A stretch of 64,000 bases of DNA from an uncultured delta proteobacterium (GCA_963803435.1 CAWDML010000014.1:224001-288000); one strand, 5' to 3'; counted from the stretch's first letter, positions 39,301 through 57,028 are shown. Notes: generated by a model not told the origin, from the letters alone. Program-made: numbers and translations.

Positions 39301-39986
39301 GGTCCCCTCGAGTCGTCGTAGCAGAAGAAGCCTTGCTTCGAGACGACCCCGTTGTCGAGCTGGAGCCCGCCATGGTGATCCTTCTCCTGGCCGACGCCGT
39401 GGAGATCCTGCGTCCGGAAACCGCCGCCCAGGTTGTTGCGATCTTCGTTCGGCTTGCTCGGATCCCAGCGCCAGCGTCGATAGGTCGCCGTCCTCGACGC
39501 TCCCGGCGAGCTGCGGACCTCGAGATTTCCAGCGTGGAGCGGCTTGCCGTCGGGAGCGAACGTCAACCGCATCGCGCCCGTATCGACCACCGTCCTGCCG
39601 TCGAGCTCCATGATCCGACACTCGAGACCGGCCGACGTCGCGCCGCGGTTCATCGCGAAGTACGTGGGATCGTCGACAAAGACCTGGCCCGGTCCGATCT
39701 CCTCGATACGCAGGAGCTCCCGCGTGATCGGCGTGATGCGCAGCGAACGATCTCCGTTCTTCCGGACGATCGGCGCGCCGTCCCAGCGCGACCCCAGGCT
39801 CGAGTCGACCACACCCCCCTGCGTCCGGGTGGGGTTGACGAAGGCCGGTGGCCGCCCGCGCACCCGGACGAAGGCGCCGGCGCCGCCGTCCGCAGGCCGC
39901 GCGCCGCCCGCGTCGGCGGGTCGCAGGGTGTCGTCGACCGCGATCCGGCGGCCGGTACCCGAGAGGTTGGTGAGCCGCTCCCCCAT
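36306..39986 (-). CDS. GH31 alpha-glucosidase (GH31_u1-like) with C-terminal LGFP-like repeats
   Basis: PLDALVFDMD, GVDTWWLDYQ (nucleophile), GSHRYPMQFSGDT (acid/base), FWSHDIGG; tail GIGYP...ALGFPVADE...QRFEHG; alternative start 40004. Confidence 0.88.
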   Translation of the reverse strand: MGERLTNLSGTGRRIAVDDTLRPADAGGARPADGGAGAFVRVRGRPPAFVNPTRTQGGVVDSSLGSRWDGAPIVRKNGDRSLRITPITRELLRIEEIGPGQVFVDDPTYFAMNRGATSAGLECRIMELDGRTVVDTGAMRLTFAPDGKPLHAGNLEVRSSPGASRTATYRRWRWDPSKPNEDRNNLGGGFRTQDLHGVGQEKDHHGGLQLDNGVVSKQGFFCYDDSRGPIFRDGFPRRRTADEQGTDLYLFGYGRDYPAALRGLAQIGCPTPMPRGPMLGAIDSWWQPLTDAQYRERAESYLAHGYPLDALVFDMDALAPINPAYPWSRWSWNESLIPDPKGLTDFLHDRSLVTALNLHPYPGVARGERGYEPLMQALRDNGYLDDHPGDTVTADLTDPRYVGPWIEHVLTPLREDGVDTWWLDYQPTQGKEIRGPPEHTAIEGLPTGALLAHLLYHQSTGLNVAAASNDPRPANERPRGALLARFEGPQPGAGPGDPHGLLGSHRYPMQFSGDTFVQFPILAAQVRMTIASANVLAAFWSHDIGGLLHEKEPQLFARWTWFGALSTCLRIHGFNNDALAGHDPVPHSDGDPRPWLYGDQCTEATRRAYHLRSQLFPYIYSQVWTCHRDAMPPIQPMYLRYPNQRQAHANAQQYMLGDSVVVSPIVRDGRGPNKVASAPVWFPEGRWYHLLTGERFDGDSRSLVSGDLNEVPAFAKGGVPIATQPVSMHMGSEQVHTLVVRAYPGKDGARGESVLHEDDRLTQAYREGGFASTKMSYRRDGDTITLEVAPAVGSFEGQPETREFRFELPETEPATGVEVNGRRLEALDGASIRYDHETRTNLVTLPRTSIREGLELRLEARDADPKQAKAQALARRLAGRFEEVDLGLPLGQQIRERAAALGDPAKAEQDDRLAGLLELAGIGFETPEQGPYGWSPYATRLLQPFYGDGAVDVKNVRVSVEDRAEGASKTVLSLDLSPDRSGRENIPLPALESNGALVERFATMECTVEGRPLSLTRRIGATSMRRAFAPTNPDPHHPSQPHPRDVTPEVRVNGVRVDETDRIGLASDGHHVWVDQAIRTAVGRHGGPKGIGYPASYYPDQGEIEARLAHRWFEDGRDLGVTLQNFDWGGDPSYGGACVVVHRDGSDAAFVIRGDFWRAYSDRSEDGRCAGRALGFPVADEVLVDGRRTQRFEHGSMTEVGPERFEFQRGRGEAKRNGAPTERSDE

Positions 39987-40178
39987 CGATCGTCTGTGGA
40001 GCATGATCGGACCGACGGCCGCCCGAGTTGCCTCCGGTCGCGACCCCGCTTAAATGTGGCATATAAACCTTCATTGTCGGGGGGCGTGCCGCATAAGCCC
40101 GTCTGTAGACTTGGGATTTTGCCGCGGGTAAGTCGATTCAACACACCAAACCACCCGGAGGCGACGATAAAGCCCCCG

Positions 40179-43036
40179 ATGGTCAGGACAGCTCGCCAGG
40201 AAGGCACTCCCCGTCGTCATCTCGAAGTGGTCGCCGACGAGACCCCCGCGATCGCGCGTCGGACGCGAAACGCGGAGCGAACGAGAGACCGAGAGTGGAA
40301 GAGCATCGCCTCCGCCCTCGACCACTTCGGCCCCCTGCTGAACTGGGACGCGCCCAGCCGAGTCACCCACTTCGAGGCCGACAACACCCAGTACGGTCGC
40401 GTGATCATGCCGTGGCGCGGCGACGGTACCGACACGATCGGCTTCTCCGCCAAGGTCGACCTCGGGGGCCAGGCCGTCAAGATTCGCCAGCTGCGGCTGA
40501 TGGCGGACGCCGTGAGGCTGGGCGCCGAGAAGGTCGCCGGCTCGGCAGCGAGCCAGGCCTCGCAGCTCGGCGCTGAGCTCGGCCGGCTGCCCTCGGGCGG
40601 CGCGATCATGGCGGTCCTCGCCTCCGTCGCCCCGCTGATCGCGCGCTCCGACGCGAACGCGACACCGGAGCTCGCGCCCCTCGCCGACGCGGCGTCACGC
40701 GGCGTGAAGATGGTGCTCGGCCCGCGGTCGAGCAAGGCGAAGCTCGCCACCGAGCTGGACCGGACCGCCGCCGCTCTCACCCGCGCCGCCGACGAGGCGG
40801 AGGTTGGAGCCCCGCCGGTGAAGCTGTTCAGCAACATCCATGCGACCGGCGCGGATCAGTTCCTCGGCGACATCGACATGAAGCCGGTCGGACATCTGCA
40901 GGGCGACGAGCTCGCCTACCGCGCCGACGGCATCGCCATCCCGCAGGTCATGAACTATCGCGCGACCGTCGGTATGTCCGATGACGGCGGCAAGAGCTGG
41001 CGCGTCGGCGGCCAGGCGCTCGCCGAGGGCTACTACCCGCAGATCGACGACAAGCAGATGAAGAGCCATGACGTGCGCTTCCGGCCGCAGCCGATCCAGT
41101 GGGAGGCGATCAACGCCATCCAGATGATGGTCGGCCAGGCCAACGCGCCCTTCATCGGTGTGGACGGGATCCCGGGCAAGCACGAGGCCCGCTGGCCCAA
41201 GATCGACTGGAGCAAGGATCCGGTTCCGCAAGTCCCGGTCTCCACGCTCGACGATCTGCTCGACGACGGCGCCTACGGTATCAAGCACTACGCCGAGATG
41301 GGCGCCAACGTCATGTACATCGAGGATCTGCTGCACCTGATCCCGTGGGAGGGACGCGAACGCCACGAAATGCTCGGCAGCCCCTTCGCGACCGCCTCCT
41401 ATCACATGATCGACCCGCGAAAGACCCGCGAGGGACGGAAGATCCTGAGAGAGCGTCCCGACGACATCACGGCGCTGCGGCAGGCCGGCGAGAAGGCCCT
41501 CGCCCGCGTGGTCAAGGCAGCCGAGCGTCACGGCATCAAGCTGATGATGGGTCTGGCCCCCAACCACACCGGGCACAAGTATCTCCAGTTCGACGTCGTG
41601 AAGAAGCAGCGCGCGGACGGTCGTGTGACACTGCAGCTGAAGCGCAACTACTACGACGGCCTCTTCGCCTCGGTCGAGCGGCACATCAACGAGATGATCA
41701 AGGATCCGGCCGAGAAGCAGCGGATGCTGGATCAGCTCGAGGATCGGCGAAAGTTCACCGCGGCGGCCCTCGCGGACAAGCAGCGCGAGAAGACGATGCA
41801 ACAGGTCTACCCCTGGATGTACTCGTCTGCCGACTCGAACAACCTGGCCGGCGCCAACAGCCCGTCGGAGATCATCTCGGACGGCGATGTCGTTCAGCCG
41901 TGGAAGGACATCGACAAGCTGCTCGGCGCCTTCGCCAGCGAGGAGAAATTCAACCTCGACTCTCCCTGGATTCCGCGCCAAGGAGGAGTGGCTCGCCGGA
42001 GCGCTGGCATACTGGGCCTCGAAGGGCATCACGATGTTCCGCCTCGACGCGGGCGGCCGCCAGCTCGACCGCTTCCACGACGAGACGCTGAACATCGCGC
42101 AACGGATGTCGGACGAGGCTCGCGGTCACCACGAGCCGCTCTACTACCTGATTGAGGATCACGATCGGCAATACCTCACCACCAAGACCGAGGATGCGGT
42201 CCAGTCCGAAGGCTGGCTCGCCCGCGCGGTCCCAGCCTTCAAGACCGGCAACCACCGCGACAACCAGCCGACGCCGGACTACGACGTCAACGGGCTGTGG
42301 GACCTCCTGTACTCGCCGGGCTTCAACCAGTGGATCCAGGCCGACAACCACGACAACTGGCGTTGCCTCGATCAGTTCAACGGCGACCTCAGCGCCATGC
42401 AGCAGTACATCTGCACGATGCAGCTGCTGGGCGGCCCGTTCTCGCTGTTCATGGGCACCGACGTGGGCGCCGATCAGTGGACCAAGCACACGTTCCAGCA
42501 GGGCGGCGGGATCGAGGAGATCGAGCAGTACCTGTCCGGGATTCCTCCCCGAAGAGAAGATGAACCTGAAGGAGTGGATCGCCACCTCGGGCCAGCTGAA
42601 GACGACTGTCCCCGCGCTCCAGACGAAGCGGCGCGAGCGGATGTATTGTACGCAGCCCGATAACGATCCGAAGATCATCGCGGCCGCGCGGCACTCGTAC
42701 GACTTCTCGGACAACCCGGTGATGGTCTTCGCGAACGTCCTCCCGCACACGTACCAGGGGGGCACGTTCGCGCTCGACGCGGAGACGAAGGCGTGGGTCA
42801 CCGAGCGCCAGGAGAAGGCCGCGGCCAGCCGCCGGACGGCGCGCTTCATGGTGCGAAACCTCTTCTCGAAGGAGCCCACCAAGCCCGTCTGGACCTCGCA
42901 GACCGGCAAGCCGGCCCCAAAGACCGCGCAGCAGCTCCTCGAGCACGGAATCGACGTCTACGTCGACGCCCGCGCCACCCAGGCCCTGGAGCTGTACGAG
43001 GTCGATCGCTACGGCCGCGAGATCAAGAGCAAGTAA
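40179..43036 (+). CDS. Highly divergent GH13 alpha-amylase-fold protein (apparent +1 frameshifts at ~41973 and ~42550)
   Basis: Across three frames: GSPFATASY..IDP, GIKLMMGLAPNHTG, GITMFRLDAG, YLIEDH, ADNHDNWR; long unrecognised N-terminal region. Confidence 0.75.
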
Positions 43037-43039
43037 GGA

Positions 43040-43774
43040 TCAGCTGGCGCTCTCTCCGACCTCGACCACCGGCGCGGCCGCCACTCCATTGCTGGCCGCA
43101 TCGGGGAGCGGCTCGACGCCGTCGGTGTCGAGGTCGTGAACCTGCGGATTGTGCGTCCAGTAGAAGCGCGCACACCAGTCGTGCCCCAGACCCTTGGTCA
43201 TGGCCACCTCTTCGAGACCGGCAAACAAGACCCGGCGCAGCTTGTTGAGGATCGCCTTCGCCAGCGCGACACGGTTGGAGAAGCGCGCCAGATCGACCTC
43301 GAGGCGCGTGCGCTCCCGGATGATGTTCTCGAGCGCCGCCCTCCGATCGGCCAGGCGCTCGGAGTAGACGCCGAGCTCCTCCTGCTCCTCCTGCTCGAGG
43401 TGCCGCTCCAGGTCCTTCGAGATCATGATCTCCGCTGCGTACGACAGGCTGGTCACGTGCGACGGAATGTCGGCGAAGTAACGGCGGTAGAGGGGGGCAT
43501 CGACGCTGTTCCCCGAGAGCTCGAGCAAGCGCCGCTGAAAAGCCATCATCGTGTCGTCCCAGGCATCGTCGGCGATCTCGACCATGGCCTGGGTCTCGAC
43601 GTGGCGAATGTCGAGACGGCCCTCCTCGTCCTCGAGCAGCGCCAGCTTGTCCGCCGCCTCCACGAAGTCCGTGGCCAGATGGCGGGTGTCCTCCAGCGCG
43701 TTCAGGCGGGCCGCGGTGTAATTCGCCTCGAGACGGAAGATGCGGATGGGCTTCGACTCGGGAATTTCCAGCAT
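43040..43774 (-). CDS. Hypothetical alpha-helical/coiled-coil protein
   Basis: ATG 43774, 244 aa helical bundle, ..PLYRRYF...P..; function unknown. Confidence 0.75.
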   Translation of the reverse strand: MLEIPESKPIRIFRLEANYTAARLNALEDTRHLATDFVEAADKLALLEDEEGRLDIRHVETQAMVEIADDAWDDTMMAFQRRLLELSGNSVDAPLYRRYFADIPSHVTSLSYAAEIMISKDLERHLEQEEQEELGVYSERLADRRAALENIIRERTRLEVDLARFSNRVALAKAILNKLRRVLFAGLEEVAMTKGLGHDWCARFYWTHNPQVHDLDTDGVEPLPDAASNGVAAAPVVEVGESAS

Positions 43775-43820
43775 GGGATCGTTCGCGTAACGCGCAGGCG
43801 CGGAACCGTCAAGATCGCCT

Positions 43821-44339
43821 ATGATCCCTGCTATGGAGGCCGCCCAGAGGAAGTCGAGCGTCGTGCTGAAGGTGGTGGTCGGAGTCCTCGCGGGCTTCTT
43901 CGTCCTGGCCCTCATGACCGCGGTCGCCGTCTATCGCTGGTACAACTCACCCGCCACCCAGGAGCGCGTGGGCGCGGTCCGTGACTTCATGCACCTCATG
44001 GCCAAGGCTTCGCAGGCGCCCGGCGCCGAGGAGCTTCGCAAGCTGGGTTGCGATCAGGCAGCCGTGTTCACGAAGGAGGAGGCGGCGGCCTTCATGGAGT
44101 CACTCGGGAAGTTCGCACCCGCCGCCGAGCGCGGCACGGTCGACCTCCCGATGATCTTTTGCAACGTGCGGGTGAAAACGGCGCTGAGCTGCAAGGACCT
44201 GACGCTCGGCTACGCCACCTCGGTCGCGGACGGTCCGGATCAGATGATCGTGCTGCTCCAGGCGCAGACGTTTCCTCAGCAGGTGGTGTGCAGCGGGCTC
44301 TATGCGAGAGACGGGACGCTCGTCGAGTCGCTCCAGTGA
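43821..44339 (+). CDS. Hypothetical membrane-anchored protein with 4 Cys
   Basis: Single N-terminal TM helix; alternative start 43833. Confidence 0.7.
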   Translation: MIPAMEAAQRKSSVVLKVVVGVLAGFFVLALMTAVAVYRWYNSPATQERVGAVRDFMHLMAKASQAPGAEELRKLGCDQAAVFTKEEAAAFMESLGKFAPAAERGTVDLPMIFCNVRVKTALSCKDLTLGYATSVADGPDQMIVLLQAQTFPQQVVCSGLYARDGTLVESLQ

Positions 44340-48570
<4,231 letters not shown>

Positions 48571-48576
48571 TGGGAT

Positions 48577-52848
<4,272 letters not shown>

Positions 52849-53132
52849 CGGTTCTCTTCTCTACTTCCCCGGACTTGGACCGTACGATCCTCGCCCGGTT
52901 GCACAGCCGTCACTTCGACGAGGGCGGGTGACTCGTTTCGCTCGAATCACCCAACCTGCTGAACTGACGGGGAATGTGCCCCGACATGTTCAGCCCACCC
53001 TGCGAAGTCAAGCCAAAAGATTGTCTACAACAAACCCCTACGCTCGGAGTCCCCCAGTCCACCCGGGCTCGCCCTTACGTACGGGGCGCAGAGCTCGCGC
53101 CCCACGCCCCGCTTTGCACCACGCCCGTCCAA

Positions 53133-53513
53133 CTACTTGAGCTGGACCTGGGCGCCGACCTTCTCGAGGGTCTCCTTGATTTGACCGGCCTCTTCCTTCG
53201 AGACCGCTTCCTTCACCGGCTTCGGCGCCTCGTCGACCAGCGCCTTGGCTTCCTTCAAGCCGAGCCCGGTGATCGCGCGGACCTCCTTGATGACCTTGAT
53301 CTTGTCCGTGCCCGCCGCCATCAGAATGACGTCGAACTCGGTCTGCTCGGCGGGCTTCTCCTCGCCCATGCCCATCATGCCGGGAGGCATCATCATGCCG
53401 CCGCCCTTGGCGGCCTCGACGCCCCACTTCTCCTCGAGCTGCTTCACCAGATCGGCGGCCTCGACAACGGTGAGGGCCGACAGGTCGTTCATGATCTGTT
53501 CGAGATTTGCCAT
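53133..53513 (-). CDS. rplL: 50S ribosomal protein L7/L12
   Basis: [24 protein letters not shown]. Confidence 0.98.
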   Translation of the reverse strand: MANLEQIMNDLSALTVVEAADLVKQLEEKWGVEAAKGGGMMMPPGMMGMGEEKPAEQTEFDVILMAAGTDKIKVIKEVRAITGLGLKEAKALVDEAPKPVKEAVSKEEAGQIKETLEKVGAQVQLK

Positions 53514-53547
53514 TTCAAAAACTCCTTCGTGAAACCTGTGGCGGCCC

Positions 53548-54093
53548 CTAAGCGGCGGCGACGCCTTCCTTGTCCTTCGCGATCTTCGCCTCGATCACCG
53601 AGAGCAGCTTCGACGCCGGTGCGTTGAGCTGCGCGAGGAGCTTGGCCGCCGGCGCGTTGATCACGCCGAGCAGCTGCGCTCTCGCCTCGTTCATCGTCGG
53701 GAGGGCCGCCAGCTTCTCGACGCCGGCCTCCCCCTCCACGATGTCGTTCTCGACGAAGCCCGCCTGAACCTTGAACTTCTCGTATTGCTTCGAGAGGTCC
53801 TTGGCCACGCGGCCCAGCGCCGCGTACTCCTCGTCGTATTTGAACAGCACGGCCTTGGGGCCGAAAAACACCTTGCTCAGGCTCGAACGCTTCGTGCCCT
53901 CGAGTGCCCGGCGCATCAGCGTGTTCTTGACGACGCGATACTCGACACCGGCTTCGCGGAACTTCGCCCGGATCTTCGTGACCGACTCGACGTCCAAACC
54001 TTGGAAGTCGGCGATCAGACCGGCCTTCGCCCGCGACAGCTTCTCCGACAGCGAGGCGACCGCCTCTTCCTTTGCCTGACGGGTCATGCCCAT
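53548..54093 (-). CDS. rplJ: 50S ribosomal protein L10
   Basis: [23 protein letters not shown]; synteny. Confidence 0.97.
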   Translation of the reverse strand: MGMTRQAKEEAVASLSEKLSRAKAGLIADFQGLDVESVTKIRAKFREAGVEYRVVKNTLMRRALEGTKRSSLSKVFFGPKAVLFKYDEEYAALGRVAKDLSKQYEKFKVQAGFVENDIVEGEAGVEKLAALPTMNEARAQLLGVINAPAAKLLAQLNAPASKLLSVIEAKIAKDKEGVAAA

Positions 54094-54179
54094 TCGGTCT
54101 CACCTCCGTTTGACCCACGCGACGTGGGCCCGTCGTTGCATCTGACCTTCCGACCAGACTCGCGACGGGTGCGGAGCCT

Positions 54180-54244
54180 GACCTTCTCGGCGGGCCGTCC
54201 ATCGACGATTGAGGCCTCACGGCCGCCCGCTGTCTCGGAGGGTC
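54180..54244 (-). promoter_or_regulatory. L10 leader (rplJ-rplL autoregulatory RNA)
   Basis: Minus strand CCGAGACAGCGGGC...GCCCGCCGAGAAGG resembles the AGACAGCAGG...CCTGCCGAG consensus; position upstream of rplJ. Confidence 0.7.
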
Positions 54245-54250
54245 TCGTTA

Positions 54251-54949
54251 TCAGAACGCTCCATCTCCTGGGTCGACCTTGATCCCGGGCCCCATGGTGG
54301 TGCTGATCGTGATCGACTGCATGTACGTGCCCTTGGCCGACGCCGGCTTGGCGCGGTTCAGGGCATCGACGATGGTCACCAGGTTGCCGAGCAACGCGCT
54401 CGGCTCGAAGGACGCCTTGCCGATCGGGACCTGGATGATCCCGGCCTTCTCGGTGCGGTACTCGACCTTACCGCCCTTGGCGTCCCGCACCGCCTGCGCC
54501 ACGTCGGGCGTGACGGTGCCGGTCTTGGGGTTCGGCATCAGCCCGCGGGGACCGAGCACCCGGCCCAGACGGCCGACCATGCCCATCATGTCGGGCGACG
54601 CCACCACGACGTCGAAGTCCAGCATGCCGCCGTTGACCTGCTCCACCAGGTCCTCGGCGCCGACGATGTCCGCGCCTGCATCCCGGGCCTCGCCCTGCTT
54701 CTCGCCGCGGCAGAACACCGCCACGCGCTTGGTCTTGCCGGTGCCGTTCGGCATCACGACCGCGCCGCGGATCATCTGATCGGCGTGGCGCGGATCCACC
54801 CCCAGCTTCACGGCGCACTCGACGGTCTCGTCGAACTTGCCGCCGGCGGTGGTCTTCTTGATCAGCTCGCAGGCGTCCTGCGCGGTGTACTTCTTGCTCC
54901 CGTCGATCTGCTCCGCGGCCTTCTGGTAGCGCTTGCTGCGTTTCTTCAT
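54251..54949 (-). CDS. rplA: 50S ribosomal protein L1
   Basis: [37 protein letters not shown]; start ATG 54949. Confidence 0.98.
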   Translation of the reverse strand: MKKRSKRYQKAAEQIDGSKKYTAQDACELIKKTTAGGKFDETVECAVKLGVDPRHADQMIRGAVVMPNGTGKTKRVAVFCRGEKQGEARDAGADIVGAEDLVEQVNGGMLDFDVVVASPDMMGMVGRLGRVLGPRGLMPNPKTGTVTPDVAQAVRDAKGGKVEYRTEKAGIIQVPIGKASFEPSALLGNLVTIVDALNRAKPASAKGTYMQSITISTTMGPGIKVDPGDGAF

Positions 54950-54961
54950 CGTCTCTCCTTC

Positions 54962-54996
54962 GTAGTCCGAGCGACGCGCTCTCGTGCGTCTCCTAC
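54962..54996 (-). promoter_or_regulatory. Putative L1-binding autoregulatory hairpin
   Basis: Minus strand GTAGGAG...GACTAC directly before the rplA RBS, resembling the GUGGGAG...ACCAC L1 site. Confidence 0.5.
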
Positions 54997-55053
54997 AAAG
55001 CAAAGGCTCCACCCCACTCGATCGGGGATGGAGCCGGTGGAAGTTCGGAGCGC

Positions 55054-55503
55054 TTATCGAATGACGTCGACGCCCATCGATCGGGCCGTGCCCGCGATGA
55101 TGCTCGCTCCCGTCTCTGCGTCGTAGCAGTTGAGATCGGGCGCCTTCATCTGCGCGATCTTCTTGCACTGCTCCCAGGTGATCTTCCCGACCTTCACCTT
55201 GCCGGGCTCCCGCGATCCGGACGCGGGCTTCTTGTTCAGATGGAGGCCGGCCTCCTTCTTGATCAGCACCGAGGCCGGCGGCGACTTCGTGATGAACGTG
55301 AAGCTGCGGTCCTGAAAGACCGTGATCACGACGGGGATGATCAAGCCGTCCTTCGCCTGCTCCTGCGTGCGGGCGTTGAACTGCTTGCAGAAATCCATGA
55401 TGTTCACGCCGTGCTGACCGAGCGACGGGCCGACGGGGGGTGCGGGATTCGCACGGCCGGCCGGCACCTGGAGCTTGATCATCGCCATTATCTTCTTCGC
55501 CAT
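55054..55503 (-). CDS. rplK: 50S ribosomal protein L11
   Basis: [38 protein letters not shown]. Confidence 0.98.
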   Translation of the reverse strand: MAKKIMAMIKLQVPAGRANPAPPVGPSLGQHGVNIMDFCKQFNARTQEQAKDGLIIPVVITVFQDRSFTFITKSPPASVLIKKEAGLHLNKKPASGSREPGKVKVGKITWEQCKKIAQMKAPDLNCYDAETGASIIAGTARSMGVDVIR

Positions 55504-55572
55504 GACTCGTCCTTGTGGGAGCACCGGGGCCTACATCATCGTGGCCCCGTTGAACAAGATTTTTTTCGGGGG

Positions 55573-56292
55573 CTAGGCGGCGGTCTTCTCGACCTGACCG
55601 AAGTCCAGCTCGACCGGCGTCGAGCGCCCGAAGATGGAAACCAGCACGCGAAGCTTCTGCTTCTCCTGCTTGACCTCTTCGATGGTGCCGTTGAACCCGG
55701 AGAAGGGCCCGTCGATGACTCGGACGGTCTCGCCCTCCTCGAACTCGACGCGCGGCTTCACCTGGGCGGCGCCCTCGGTCATCTGGTTCGTCAGCCGCTC
55801 GACCTCGGCGTCGCGCAGCGCCATCGGCTTCTGGGCGTTGCCGACAAAGCCGGTGATCTTGGGCGTCGACTTCACCAGGTGCCAGGTGCGGTCGTTGAGC
55901 TCCATCTGCACGATCATGTAGCCGGGGAAGAACTTGCGCTTCGACTTGCGCTTGCTCCCGCCCAGGAGCTCCACGACGTTCTCCGTCGGGACCATGATCT
56001 CGCCGAAGAACTCCTCGAGCCCCTCGAGCTTGGCCCGCTCCAGCAGGCTCTTCTGCGCCCGGTGCTCGTACCCCGAGTACGTGTGCACCACGTACCACTT
56101 CAGCCGGGGGTTGGCCTGCAACGCCAGCTCGGCGGCGGACAGGGGCGGCTTTTCGCCCTCGAGCGGTTCCTCGGTCTCTTCCATCGGTTCGGACTCTTCC
56201 GCCTCCGATGCCTCTTCGGCTTCGGGCTCGGGTTCGGAGGCCTCGGCCTCTTCCTCGAGGGTTTCGTCGTTCTGGTGTTCTTGTCCGGCCAC
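55573..56292 (-). CDS. nusG: Transcription factor NusG with acidic N-terminal extension
   Basis: [43 protein letters not shown]. Confidence 0.97.
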   Translation of the reverse strand: MAGQEHQNDETLEEEAEASEPEPEAEEASEAEESEPMEETEEPLEGEKPPLSAAELALQANPRLKWYVVHTYSGYEHRAQKSLLERAKLEGLEEFFGEIMVPTENVVELLGGSKRKSKRKFFPGYMIVQMELNDRTWHLVKSTPKITGFVGNAQKPMALRDAEVERLTNQMTEGAAQVKPRVEFEEGETVRVIDGPFSGFNGTIEEVKQEKQKLRVLVSIFGRSTPVELDFGQVEKTAA

Positions 56293-56308
56293 GGGTCAGC
56301 GCCTCTCG

Positions 56309-56704
56309 TCAGCCCAGGGTGGGCGCGCGGTAGATCAGGCCGGTGAGCTGCGCCCAGACCACGTCGAACAGGCCGAGGATCACCGCGATGATCAGCGCCG
56401 TCACGATGACGACGACCGTCGCCGTCCGCGTCTCCTTCCGGTCGGGCCACGTGCACTTGAGCAGCTCGATGACCACCTCGTTCGCGAACGTGTGGGCCCG
56501 CTCGTTCTTGAAGGTGAAGATGCCCGCAGCCAGCGAGATCAGGAAGCCGAGCACCGTGGTGAGCGTGAAGTTGTCTCCGAGCAGGGCCGGATCGGGAAGG
56601 CCCGCCGAATACGCGATCTGCCCCGAGACCTTGGCGAGCGTCGCCCACAAGAGGACGCCGAAGGCAAGGAACGCAAAGATGACATAACGTTGAGTGCTCT
56701 GCAC
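56309..56704 (-). CDS. secE: Preprotein translocase subunit SecE (3 TM)
   Basis: EVVIELLKCTWPDRKET..ATVVV; between tRNA-Trp and nusG. Confidence 0.93.
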   Translation of the reverse strand: MQSTQRYVIFAFLAFGVLLWATLAKVSGQIAYSAGLPDPALLGDNFTLTTVLGFLISLAAGIFTFKNERAHTFANEVVIELLKCTWPDRKETRTATVVVIVTALIIAVILGLFDVVWAQLTGLIYRAPTLG

Positions 56705-56722
56705 GCGCGATCTCCCAAGAAG

Positions 56723-56796
56723 CAGGGCAGGAGGGACTCGAACCCCCAACAAACGGTTTTGGAAACCGCCGCTCTACCAATTGGAGCTACTGCCCT
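56723..56796 (-). tRNA. tRNA-Trp (CCA)
   Basis: AGGGCAGTAGCTCCAATTGGTAGAGC GCGGT-TTCCAAA-ACCGT ... GGTTCGAGTCC cloverleaf. Confidence 0.95.
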
Positions 56797-56865
56797 ACGG
56801 CTTCCAGCCGCAGAACCGGGGTTACTAGACGATTTGCGACGGGTCCGCCAGGAAAAAAATTGCGA

Positions 56866-56938
56866 AGCCTACAACCAGATTCGAACTGGTGACCTCTTCC
56901 TTACCAAGGAAGTGCTCTGCCGACTGAGCTATGTAGGC
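56866..56938 (-). tRNA. tRNA-Thr (GGT)
   Basis: GCCTACATAGCTCAG... CTTCC-TTGGTAA-GGAAG ... GTTCGAATC. Confidence 0.95.
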
Positions 56939-56946
56939 GTTCCCAG

Positions 56947-57018
56947 AGCGGGAGACGAGGATTGAACTCGCGACTTTCAGCTTGGAAGGCTGACACTCTA
57001 CCACTGAGTTACTCCCGC
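56947..57018 (-). tRNA. tRNA-Gly (TCC)
   Basis: GCGGGAGTAACTCAG... TCAGC-CTTCCAA-GCTGA ... GTTCAATCC. Confidence 0.95.
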
Positions 57019-57028
57019 AAGAACGTCG

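Noticed and set aside
53370-53410. Met/Gly-rich L7/L12 hinge ([14 protein letters not shown])
   Set aside because: The hinge is known to be highly variable; no functional inference is supportable
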